DNA of 64,000 bases from NCBI GenBank assembly GCA_030700225.1, contig JAUYJT010000061.1:39121-103120 (forward strand), read 5' to 3'. This DNA comes from Candidatus Nanopelagicales bacterium. Its GTDB lineage: Bacteria > Actinomycetota > Actinomycetes > S36-B12 > GCA-2699445. The notes beneath the pieces are model-generated. The model worked only from the letters and a program-made list of their open reading frames with translations. It was not told the origin of the DNA and did not search any database. Positions 55,774 through 64,000 of this stretch are shown here, piece after piece (position 1 is the first letter of the stretch; each line of letters starts with the position of its first letter). A program made the position numbers and the translations under genes.

Positions 55774-58767
55774 ATGGCGACCATGAAGCTCCGCTTCGAG
55801 GCCGACCTGGAGTATCAGGCCGACGCCATCGACGCCGTGTGCGGCCTGTTCACGGGCCAGGAGATCTGCCGGACGGAGTTCACGGTGACCAGCGCGGCCC
55901 TCGGCGGGCAGGCGGTCCTTGGTCCGGATCAAGTGGACACGGGCCTGGGAATCGGGAACCGGCTGGCTTTGGGGGATGGGCAGTTGCTCGCCAATCTCAA
56001 CGTAGTCCAGGCTCGCCACAGCTTGGCCCCGAGCGAGGAACTCCCAGCCCGGGACTTCACGGTCGAGATGGAGACCGGCACCGGCAAAACGTACGTCTAC
56101 TTGCGGACTGTGTTCGAACTCAACAAGCGCTACGGCTTCACCAAGTTCGTCATCGTCGTGCCGTCGATCGCCATCAAAGCGGGTGTGTACAAGACGCTTC
56201 AGATCACCCGGGACCACTTCAGGGCGCTGTACTCCGGTATCCCCTACGACTACTTCCTGTACGACTCGGCAAAGCTCGGCAACGTCCGCAACTTCGCTAC
56301 CAGTTCCCAGATCCAGATCATGGTGATGACGGTCGGCGCCATCAACAAGAAGGACACCAACAACCTCTACAAGGACACCGAGAAGACAGGCGGAGACAAG
56401 CCGATCGACCTGATCCGGGCGACCAACCCCATCGTCATCGTTGACGAGCCCCAGAGCGTCGATGGGGGCTTGAAGGGCGCCGGGAGGAAAGCCCTCGACG
56501 GCATGAACCCCCTGTGCACGCTGCGCTACTCCGCGACCCACGTCGACAAGCACGCCATGGTCTACCGCCTCGACGCGGTGGACGCATACGAGCAGGAACT
56601 GGTCAAGCAGATCGAAGTCGCCTCGGCGACGATCCAGGCAGCGCACAACCGGCCCTACATCAAGCTACTGTCCACGAGCGGGCGCGGCGCTACCATCACG
56701 GCGTCGGTGGAACTGGACGTGGTCGCGGCGGGCGGGAAGGTATCCCGGAGAGCAGTCACTGTGCGCGATGGGGACGACCTGCGGCAAACCACGAGACGTG
56801 ACGTGTACGCCGACATTTCCATCGGCGAGATCAAGGTCGGCCGGGGGAGACAGACCATTGAGGTGCTAGCTCCGGGTGACGCTCGCTGGCTGGCGGTCGG
56901 CGAGTCCATTGGCGATGTGGACCCCGCCCTACTCCATCGAGAGATGATCCGCCGCACGATCCGTGAACACCTGGACAAGCAGTTACGCCTGCGCGACCGT
57001 GGAGTCAAGGTCTTGAGCCTGTTCTTCGTGCCCCACGTTGCCCTGTACCGGGAGTACACGGACGAGGGGCCAGTGAAGGGCCCGTACGCCCTGATATTCG
57101 AGGAGGAGTACCTCCGGCTGGCCAAGCACCCGGACTACAAGGGCCTGTTCGACGATGCCGAAGACCTCGCTGAGACCGTTGAGAAGGTCCACAACGGGTA
57201 CTTCTCCATGGACAGGTCCGCCCGGTGGACCGACACCGCGGAGAGCAACGAGACAGGACGCGAAGCGGCAGGACGTGCCTACGACCTGATCATGAAGGAC
57301 AAGGAGAAGCTGCTTTCCCTGGACACCCCGCTGCAGTTCATCTTCAGCCACTCAGCCCTCAAGGAGGGCTGGGACAACCCCAACGTGTTCCAGATCTGTT
57401 CGCTCCGGGACATGAGCAGCGAGATCCAGCGCCGCCAGACCATCGGCCGGGGACTGCGGTTGTGCGTGGATCAGAACGGTGACCGCCTACGCGGTTTCGA
57501 CACCAACACACTCACTGTCATCGCTACCGAGAGCTACGAGGACTTCGCGGCGAACCTTCAACGCGAGATCGAGGATGACACCGGAATCCGGTTCGGCGTG
57601 GTCGAAGCACACGCTTTCGCCGGCATCGCCGTCGTGGATCCAGCCGGAGCCGTGACCTCACTCGGCTACGAGAAATCAATCAAGCTATACGGCTACCTCC
57701 GCGAGGAGGATTACGTTACCGCTGATGGCAGGATCAAAGCCTCCTTGCGCGAGGCACTCCGGGACGACACTCTCGCGGTTCCGCGGGACTTCGCGGGCCA
57801 GCGTGACGCGATCGCCGAGGTCCTGAAGAAGCTGGCAGGGCGGTTGACCGTGAAGGATGCCGATGAACGGCAACAGGTCAAGCCGCATGCGCAGGTCCTG
57901 GACAGTGAAGAGTTCCAGGCGCTGTGGGAGCGCATCAAACACAAGACGGCCTACCGCGTGAAGTTCGACAACGACAAGCTCATCGCCGAGTGCGTAGCGG
58001 CACTGCGCGACGCTCCTGAGGCGAGCGTCTCCACGCTGCGTTGGCGGAAGGCCACTGTTGGACAAGACCGGGCGGGCATTGACACCGCCGAGGTCGAAGG
58101 CGCTCAGACGGTGCGCTTGAAGGAGGCCCCCGATGCTTTGCCGGATCTTGTTACCGAACTTCAAGACCGCACCCATCTGACCCGACGTACCATCGCCCAG
58201 ATCCTGACCGGCTCCGGTCGGCTCAGCGATTTCCGCCTGAACCCGCAGGAGTTCATCTCTGTAGCAGCCGATGCGATCAACCGGTGCAAGCGGCTCGTCC
58301 TCGTGGACGGCATCAAGTACGAACGGCTCGGCGCCGACGAGTACTACCACCAGACGTTGTTCCGCACCGAGGAACTGCGGGGCTACGTCAAGGGCCTGAT
58401 CCCGGCCACCAAGGCGGTCTACGAACAGCTAGTGCTGGACTCCGGCATCGAGCGGAGATCCGCGGCCGAGCTCGAAACCGTTAGCGCCGTCAAGGTGTAC
58501 GCGAAGCTCCCGGGCTGGTTCAAGGTCCCGACTCCTTTGGGGCCCTACAACCCGGACTGGGCCGTGCTGATCCTGAACGATGAAGGGGAACGCGTGTACT
58601 TCGTGGTCGAGACGAAGGGGTCCATGGACGTTCTGGACCTGCGCACGACTGAGAGAGGCAAGATCGGCTCAGCGAAGGCCCACTTCGACGAGTTGGCGGC
58701 CACAACATCTACGCCGCCGGCCGCTTCGTACCGGCAAGCGAAAACGCTGGGTGACATCTGGCCATGA
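55774..58767 (+). CDS. res: Type III restriction endonuclease Res subunit (SF2 helicase + endonuclease)
   Basis: 997 aa. MKLRFEADLEYQADAIDAV N-terminus, Walker A METGTGKTYVY, motif II IVIVDEPQS, helicase C (QRRQTIGRGLRL), C-terminal nuclease-like region (YNPDWAVL..YFVVETKG). Confidence 0.88.
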   Translation: MATMKLRFEADLEYQADAIDAVCGLFTGQEICRTEFTVTSAALGGQAVLGPDQVDTGLGIGNRLALGDGQLLANLNVVQARHSLAPSEELPARDFTVEMETGTGKTYVYLRTVFELNKRYGFTKFVIVVPSIAIKAGVYKTLQITRDHFRALYSGIPYDYFLYDSAKLGNVRNFATSSQIQIMVMTVGAINKKDTNNLYKDTEKTGGDKPIDLIRATNPIVIVDEPQSVDGGLKGAGRKALDGMNPLCTLRYSATHVDKHAMVYRLDAVDAYEQELVKQIEVASATIQAAHNRPYIKLLSTSGRGATITASVELDVVAAGGKVSRRAVTVRDGDDLRQTTRRDVYADISIGEIKVGRGRQTIEVLAPGDARWLAVGESIGDVDPALLHREMIRRTIREHLDKQLRLRDRGVKVLSLFFVPHVALYREYTDEGPVKGPYALIFEEEYLRLAKHPDYKGLFDDAEDLAETVEKVHNGYFSMDRSARWTDTAESNETGREAAGRAYDLIMKDKEKLLSLDTPLQFIFSHSALKEGWDNPNVFQICSLRDMSSEIQRRQTIGRGLRLCVDQNGDRLRGFDTNTLTVIATESYEDFAANLQREIEDDTGIRFGVVEAHAFAGIAVVDPAGAVTSLGYEKSIKLYGYLREEDYVTADGRIKASLREALRDDTLAVPRDFAGQRDAIAEVLKKLAGRLTVKDADERQQVKPHAQVLDSEEFQALWERIKHKTAYRVKFDNDKLIAECVAALRDAPEASVSTLRWRKATVGQDRAGIDTAEVEGAQTVRLKEAPDALPDLVTELQDRTHLTRRTIAQILTGSGRLSDFRLNPQEFISVAADAINRCKRLVLVDGIKYERLGADEYYHQTLFRTEELRGYVKGLIPATKAVYEQLVLDSGIERRSAAELETVSAVKVYAKLPGWFKVPTPLGPYNPDWAVLILNDEGERVYFVVETKGSMDVLDLRTTERGKIGSAKAHFDELAATTSTPPAASYRQAKTLGDIWP

Positions 58768-58776
58768 GCGGTACCG
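58766..58776. repeat. 11-bp direct repeat, right copy (GAGCGGTACCG)
   Basis: Overlaps the res stop codon (TGA 58765-58767). Confidence 0.6.
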
Positions 58777-58882
58777 CGCCTGGACCACTGACCTCAGGCA
58801 GCCCGGGCCCGGTGCGGACCCAGAAGCCGGAGCGTGCGGCGTTGCCGACAGGGCATCAGGGTCGGGTGAGAGGCTTGGACAC

Positions 58883-61081
58883 GTGGCGGATATCAATGAT
58901 CGGTTGACGTCGGTCGTTGGGGGCCGCACGGCCAAAGCCCTGTCGGAATCATTCGGGATGAAGACCGTCGCGGATCTGCTAGATCACATCCCCCGGCGAT
59001 ATGTCCGCAGGGGAGAGCTGACGGACCTGGACAGTCTGCGCGTGGATGAGCACGTCACCGTCATGGCGCAGATCGACGGAGTGAAGCTGATTCCGTTCCG
59101 CGGGAGTCGGAATCGCACGCGCATCGAGGCCGTCGTTACGGACGGGACCGCCAAGCTCAATCTGACCTTCTTCAATCAGCCGTGGCGCGTGAAGGACCTC
59201 GTACCCGGTCGGCGCGCCCTGTTCACCGGGAAGGTGGGCACTTTCCGTGGGAAGCGTCAGTTGGCTCATCCGGACTACCTGCTCCTGCCGGCAGATGGTG
59301 ACACGGGTGACATCGCGCGGATGTTCGCTGGCTCGCTAGTCGCCGTCTATCCGGCAACTGCCCGAGTGTCGAGTCTGACCATCATGCGGACGGTCGACCT
59401 TGTCCTGGCCGGGCTCGGCGACGTGCCGGATCCGGTGCCGGACGCCATACGCGCCAAACATGGGCTGCTACCGCTTCGCGAAGCTCTGGAGGGGATCCAC
59501 AAGCCATACACAGACGCCGAAGTCGCCGCCGCCCGGCGCAGGTTGAAGTACGACGAGGCGTTCGTGCTTCAGGCGGTGCTCGCGCAGAGACGGCTTCACA
59601 CAGAGAGCCTGTCCGCGACGCCGCGTCCGGCGACGGAGGATGGCCTGCTGGCCGCCTTCGACGCTAAGTTGCCGTTCGAGCTGACTGCGGGGCAGCTCGA
59701 GGTGGGAGACGTTGTTCGTCGCGGCCTCGCGTGCTTCTACCCGATGCACCGGCTACTCCAAGGCGATGTCGGGTCGGGCAAGACGGTTGTGGCTCTACGG
59801 GCGATGCTCCAGGTCGTCGATGACGGCGGCCAGGCAGCGATGTTGGCGCCGACGGAGGTCTTGGCGCAGCAGCACTACCGCTCACTTCTCAACTTCCTCG
59901 GGCCACTCGCGGGCGGCGGCATGCTCGGTGGTAGCGACAAGGCGACGTGCGTGGCCTTGCTGACGGGCTCGCTGTCGGCGGCTGCCAGGAAGCAAGCTCT
60001 GTTGGACATCGCGTCCGGTGCCGCGGGGATCGCGGTCGGCACTCACGCGTTGCTTCAGGACAAGGTTCAGTTCGCCGACCTCGGACTGATAGTCGTGGAC
60101 GAGCAGCACAGGTTCGGAGTCGAGCAACGTTCCGCGCTGCTAGACCGAGTCTCGGGGGAACGGCCACACCTCCTTGTCATGACCGCGACTCCGATTCCTC
60201 GCACGGTCGCAATGACCGTGTTCGGAGACCTCGAGACGAGCACGCTGCGCGAGCGACCCGCGGGACTTCAGGTCATCGAGACGCACGTCGTTGGCGAGAT
60301 CGACCAGCCGTCGCACCTTGAGCGTGTTTGGCTAAGGGCGGCCGAGGAAGTCCGGTCCGGTCAGCGTGTATTCGTGGTGTGTCCGCGCATTGATGACACT
60401 GGGCAGGCTGAGGATCTCCAGGACGAGGAAGGCGATCCGGATGCGGAACGCCCGTCGCTGAGAACCGTGGTCGAAACCCTGGCGGCGCTGAAGGATGGCC
60501 CGCTGTCAGGTTGCCGTATCGCCGCCCTTCACGGCCGCCTGCCCTCCGATGAGAAGGATGCCGTCATGCGTCGCTTTGGGGCTGAGCGCGGTGCGGCGGA
60601 CGCTCTTGACGTTGTCGTGGCCACGACCGTGATCGAAGTCGGCGTTGACATAGCCCAAGCTTCAACAATGGTGATCATGGACGCGGACCGCTTCGGGGTT
60701 TCGCAGTTGCATCAGCTACGCGGACGAGTTGGCAGGCGCGGGCAACCGGGGCTGTGTCTGCTTGTGACGCGGTCCGAGCCGGGGTCTCCCGCGCGCGAGC
60801 GCCTGGAGGCCGTAGCTGCGACGAGCGACGGGTTCGAGCTCGCCCGCATCGATCTGCAGCAGAGGCGGGAGGGCGACGTCCTCGGAACAGCCCAGTCGGG
60901 TTTGCGTTCCTCACTGCGGTTGCTGTCGGTTCTGCGGGACGAAGACGTGATTCAGGACGCCCGGCGGGACGCGAGCGAAGTGCTACAGAAATCCCCTGAC
61001 CTGGCGGCCCACCAGGCCCTCCTTGCCGCGATCAGCCGCTTCCAGTCAGAGGATCGAGCAGAGTACCTGGACAAGACGTGA
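58883..61081 (+). CDS. recG: ATP-dependent DNA helicase RecG
   Basis: Wedge domain, then GDVGSGKT, VVDEQHRFG, TATPIPRT, HQLRGRVGR. Start trimmed to GTG 58883 (VADINDRLTSVVG). The ORF-track start at 58580 overlaps res. Confidence 0.92.
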   Translation: MADINDRLTSVVGGRTAKALSESFGMKTVADLLDHIPRRYVRRGELTDLDSLRVDEHVTVMAQIDGVKLIPFRGSRNRTRIEAVVTDGTAKLNLTFFNQPWRVKDLVPGRRALFTGKVGTFRGKRQLAHPDYLLLPADGDTGDIARMFAGSLVAVYPATARVSSLTIMRTVDLVLAGLGDVPDPVPDAIRAKHGLLPLREALEGIHKPYTDAEVAAARRRLKYDEAFVLQAVLAQRRLHTESLSATPRPATEDGLLAAFDAKLPFELTAGQLEVGDVVRRGLACFYPMHRLLQGDVGSGKTVVALRAMLQVVDDGGQAAMLAPTEVLAQQHYRSLLNFLGPLAGGGMLGGSDKATCVALLTGSLSAAARKQALLDIASGAAGIAVGTHALLQDKVQFADLGLIVVDEQHRFGVEQRSALLDRVSGERPHLLVMTATPIPRTVAMTVFGDLETSTLRERPAGLQVIETHVVGEIDQPSHLERVWLRAAEEVRSGQRVFVVCPRIDDTGQAEDLQDEEGDPDAERPSLRTVVETLAALKDGPLSGCRIAALHGRLPSDEKDAVMRRFGAERGAADALDVVVATTVIEVGVDIAQASTMVIMDADRFGVSQLHQLRGRVGRRGQPGLCLLVTRSEPGSPARERLEAVAATSDGFELARIDLQQRREGDVLGTAQSGLRSSLRLLSVLRDEDVIQDARRDASEVLQKSPDLAAHQALLAAISRFQSEDRAEYLDKT

Positions 61082-61671
61082 CTCGCGTCATCGCCGGATC
61101 GGCGAAGGGTCGCAGATTGAAGGTACCGCCCAGCGGGACCAGGCCGACTTCCGATCGCGTCCGCGAGGCGATGCTCAGCGCCGTGGAGAGCCAGATGGGT
61201 TCCGTTTCAGGGCGGCGAGTTCTGGACCTGTTCGCCGGCACAGGTGCCCTCGGGATCGAGGCGCTGAGCCGAGGCGCGGCCAGCGCCTTGTTCGTCGAGT
61301 CGGACCGCGCGTGCGCCAGGGTGCTTGGCGAGAACCTGAGAAACCTGAGGCTGACCGGTGGAAGTGTCTGTGTGATGCGCGTGGACAAGCTCACAGGCAT
61401 GGCCGTCGGCGAGCCAGTGGACCTGGTCTTCGCCGATCCGCCGTACGAGACCGATCCAGCCGAACTGTCGGCCCAGATCGGTCGGCTCGCGCTGGGCGGA
61501 TGGCTGAACACGCCGTGTCTTGTCGTCGTTGAAGGCTCGGCGCGCTGGGCCGACTGGTCGTGGCCATCGTCTGTGCGGCCGCTGCGTGAACGCCGGTACG
61601 GGCAGACGCGGGTTTGGTACGGTCTAACGGGAACGCCGCAGGTCCAGGAAGGGGCTGAGCCCACATGGTGA
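61078..61671 (+). CDS. rsmD: 16S rRNA (guanine966-N2)-methyltransferase
   Basis: RVIAGSAKGRRL..PTSDRVREA, LDLFAGTGALGIEALSRG, ADPPY. Confidence 0.88.
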   Translation: MTRVIAGSAKGRRLKVPPSGTRPTSDRVREAMLSAVESQMGSVSGRRVLDLFAGTGALGIEALSRGAASALFVESDRACARVLGENLRNLRLTGGSVCVMRVDKLTGMAVGEPVDLVFADPPYETDPAELSAQIGRLALGGWLNTPCLVVVEGSARWADWSWPSSVRPLRERRYGQTRVWYGLTGTPQVQEGAEPTW

Positions 61672-62150
61672 CGGCTGTTTGCCCAGGCTCGTTCGATCCG
61701 GTGACCAATGGGCACATGGACGTGTTCGCGCGAGCCTCAGCCCTGTTCGAAGAAGTCACAGTCGCCGTCTTGATCAACAAGACGAAGGCCGGACTGTTCA
61801 CGGTGCAGGAGCGGATCGAGATGCTGACCGACTGTCTTGAGCCGTTCCACAACGTGAAGGTCGACTGCTTTCACGGGCTGTTGGTCGAGTACTGCCTGGA
61901 ACACGACATCTCGATCATCGTCAAGGGCCTGCGAGCGGTGTCTGACTTCGACTACGAGCTACAGATGGCCCAGATGAACTACAGACTGTCCGGGGTTGAG
62001 ACCCTGTTCCTGTCGACGAACCCTGTCTACGGGTACCTTTCGTCGAGCCTGGTGAAGGAGGTGGCCAATCATGGTGGTGACGTCAGCGGACTCATCCCCG
62101 ATTCTGTGCTGCCCCAGCTGCTGGGGAAGCTGCGAGCCGATACGACCTAG
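61665..62150 (+). CDS. coaD: pantetheine-phosphate adenylyltransferase
   Basis: AVCPGSFDPVTNGHMDV, KGLRAVSDFDYELQMA, SSSLVKEV. Confidence 0.93.
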   Translation: MVTAVCPGSFDPVTNGHMDVFARASALFEEVTVAVLINKTKAGLFTVQERIEMLTDCLEPFHNVKVDCFHGLLVEYCLEHDISIIVKGLRAVSDFDYELQMAQMNYRLSGVETLFLSTNPVYGYLSSSLVKEVANHGGDVSGLIPDSVLPQLLGKLRADTT

Positions 62151-62159
62151 GGGTGACAG

Positions 62160-62657
62160 ATGAGCACAGCATCGGACGGTCCCGATTCAACAGCACCGGG
62201 CATCCTTGAGCAGATGGACTCTCTAGCCGAGTTCATCAGCTCCGCTCGACCCAGGGCCCTGGGTGGAGGCGTGATCATCGACAGGGCCCGGGCCTCGGAG
62301 CTGATTCTGGCCGCACGGGCGGCTATTCCCGATGCGATTCGGGCGGCCAAGGACGTAGTGTCCCGCCGGGACGAGATCATCGCGGCCGCTGCGGATGAAG
62401 GCAAGACGATCCTGGCCGCTGCGCGCGACGAGCGCGATCGGCTGCTCGCCGAGCACGAGGTCACGCTTGTCGCCCATCAGAAGGCTGATGAGATCCTCGC
62501 CGCGGCGAGCCGCGAATCCGCGAACAAGCGGGCCGAAGTGGACGCCTACGTGGATGGGAAGCTGGCCGCGTTCGAGGCGACCCTGAGCCAGACTCTTGAG
62601 GCGATCGCCCATGGGCGCCGTCGGTTGGCCGATCGAGCGGAATCTGGAGAACGCTAG
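62160..62657 (+). CDS. conserved-position hypothetical protein, predicted coiled-coil
   Basis: 165 aa, Ala/Glu/Arg-rich heptad-like sequence. Sits between coaD and yceD as in many actinomycetes. Confidence 0.5.
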   Translation: MSTASDGPDSTAPGILEQMDSLAEFISSARPRALGGGVIIDRARASELILAARAAIPDAIRAAKDVVSRRDEIIAAAADEGKTILAAARDERDRLLAEHEVTLVAHQKADEILAAASRESANKRAEVDAYVDGKLAAFEATLSQTLEAIAHGRRRLADRAESGER

Positions 62658-63247
62658 TGGCGGGCCGGACGGTGAGGCAGCGCACCGAGGCCGATGCCAA
62701 CGACCCCTTGGTGATCGACAGCAGGAGCCTGACGCGTCAACCCGGCTCTTCGGACGTGCGCACAGCGGAATTCCCAGTGCCGGAGAAGGTGGGCAACGAC
62801 GTCGCTTGGGTTGAGCCTGGCGCGCTGGCCCGGCTGAGGATACTGCTGGAGTCGGTCCTGGACGGAATCCTCGTCACGGCCGACGGCGTAGTTGGGGCGC
62901 GCGGGGAGTGTGTTCGATGCCTGGAGCCCTTGAAATGGGACCAGGAGATCTCGTTCAGGCAGTTCTTCACTTACCCCGGCGTCGGCGATGGCGCCGGTGA
63001 CGACGAGGCCGAAGACGTCGCCGAGATGCACGGTGACTTGATGGACGTTCGACCAGCGTTTCACGATGCGGTAGTGCTGGCACTACCCTTGACTCCGTTG
63101 TGTCGGCCGGACTGCGCTGGGCTCTGCGCCGAGTGCGGTTTCAAGCTCGCGGATGACCCGCAGCACCGACACACCAAGATCGATCCAAGGTGGTCGGCGC
63201 TGGCTGGGTTGCCGGAGGCTGGCTCCCAGGTGAAGGAGAGTGACTGA
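62657..63247 (+). CDS. yceD: YceD / DUF177 family protein
   Basis: 196 aa. CVRCLEP ... [13 protein letters not shown] Cys motifs. Immediately upstream of rpmF. Confidence 0.85.
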   Translation: MAGRTVRQRTEADANDPLVIDSRSLTRQPGSSDVRTAEFPVPEKVGNDVAWVEPGALARLRILLESVLDGILVTADGVVGARGECVRCLEPLKWDQEISFRQFFTYPGVGDGAGDDEAEDVAEMHGDLMDVRPAFHDAVVLALPLTPLCRPDCAGLCAECGFKLADDPQHRHTKIDPRWSALAGLPEAGSQVKESD

Positions 63248-63248
63248 C

Positions 63249-63422
63249 GTGGCCGTACCTAAGAGGAGACAGTCCCGCGCGAACACGCATGCCCGGCGCT
63301 CGCAGTGGAAGGCCGCGCCGGTGACTTTGACAGCGTGTGACCGTTGTGGCTCGGCCAAGCTCCCTCACACCGCATGTCCGACCTGCGGTACGTACAAGAA
63401 GCGTCCAGTCCTGAACGTGTGA
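63249..63422 (+). CDS. rpmF: 50S ribosomal protein L32
   Basis: (V)[46 protein letters not shown] 63249 is preferred over the ORF-track start at 63240. Confidence 0.9.
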   Translation: MAVPKRRQSRANTHARRSQWKAAPVTLTACDRCGSAKLPHTACPTCGTYKKRPVLNV

Positions 63423-64000
63423 TCGGCGTGGGCGTACAGCCGGGTTCGAACACTTCCGAGCTGTGCGACCGGCTCGGTGTGAATATCGCGCCCGAGGTCC
63501 TGAACGAGGCGCTCACTCACCGCTCCTACGCGTATGAACGCGGGGGTTTGCGGCCCAACGAGAGGTTGGAGTTCCTCGGAGACGCTGTGCTGAGCATCGT
63601 GGTGACGGACGCGCTGTACCGCCGCAACCCCGAGGCTCCCGAAGGACGGCTCGCCAAGATGAGATCAGCTTTGGTGAACGCCAAGGCCCTGGCCTGCCTC
63701 GCCGAGAGCCTCCAACTCGGCGAATTCATCTTGCTTGGCAAGGGAGAGTCGGCGACGGGCGGCGCCGCCAAGACGTCGATTCTCGCGGACACCATGGAGG
63801 CCGTCATGGGGGCCGTCTACATCGATCAGGGCCTGGAAGTCGCGGCCGCGATGATCCGCCGCCTAATCGACCCGATGATGGAAGAGACAGAGGCGCTTGG
63901 AGCCGCGCTGGACTGGAAGACGAGTCTGCAGGAGTTGGCGGCGCGACTCGGCCTTGGAGCTCCGGAATACGTGCTGCGGGCGGAGGGCCCAGATCACGAC
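63419..64000 (+). CDS. rnc: ribonuclease III, 3' end cut by window edge
   Basis: My translation from GTG 63419: ..[34 protein letters not shown].. (RNase III signature). The frame is open to position 64000. GTGTGA overlap with the rpmF stop. Confidence 0.88.
   Translation, partial: MIGVGVQPGSNTSELCDRLGVNIAPEVLNEALTHRSYAYERGGLRPNERLEFLGDAVLSIVVTDALYRRNPEAPEGRLAKMRSALVNAKALACLAESLQLGEFILLGKGESATGGAAKTSILADTMEAVMGAVYIDQGLEVAAAMIRRLIDPMMEETEALGAALDWKTSLQELAARLGLGAPEYVLRAEGPDHD

Overview
This is a high-GC, densely coding chromosomal window of actinobacterial type with about 60 genes. No rRNA, tRNA, CRISPR array, transposase or integrase was seen by eye. The backbone is two conserved housekeeping blocks. 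Block 1 runs map, panB, nadE, glnA2-glnE, glnA, DUF4191, lipA-lipB, sucB-lpd, pepA, gcvT. Block 2 runs an IclR (LtbR-like) regulator, leuCD, hup, cofC/fbiD, plsC-like, gpsA, ddl, thiL, rpmB, yloV, recG, rsmD, coaD, yceD, rpmF, rnc. Four accessory segments sit in this backbone. (a) The main finding is a ~9.9 kb island (about 29.08-38.99 kb) at the 3' end of gcvT, bounded by an 83-bp direct repeat of the gcvT terminus. It carries a class II lanthipeptide system: two precursors with Nif11-type leaders and very different cores, a ProcM-like LanM with a CCG zinc motif, and an NHLP/Nif11-style export trio (C39-peptidase ABC, second ABC, short HlyD-like protein). A 707-bp-offset tandem duplication inside it left a stub of the lanM 5' end. 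(b) A toxin-antitoxin islet lies between glnA and DUF4191/lipA: a HigB/HigA-like pair, then an AbiEi-MNT fusion followed by a decayed HepT. (c) A Type III restriction-modification unit lies between yloV and recG. Its mod gene has an in-frame amber codon, res is intact, and an 11-bp direct repeat flanks the unit. (d) Surface-glycan genes are present (O-antigen-ligase-like, Wzx-like, WecG/TagA-like, plus GT2 and a GH16-like secreted protein at the left edge). A textbook double GlnR box lies upstream of glnA. All calls rest on manual reading of the translations and manual alignments. No database search was run.
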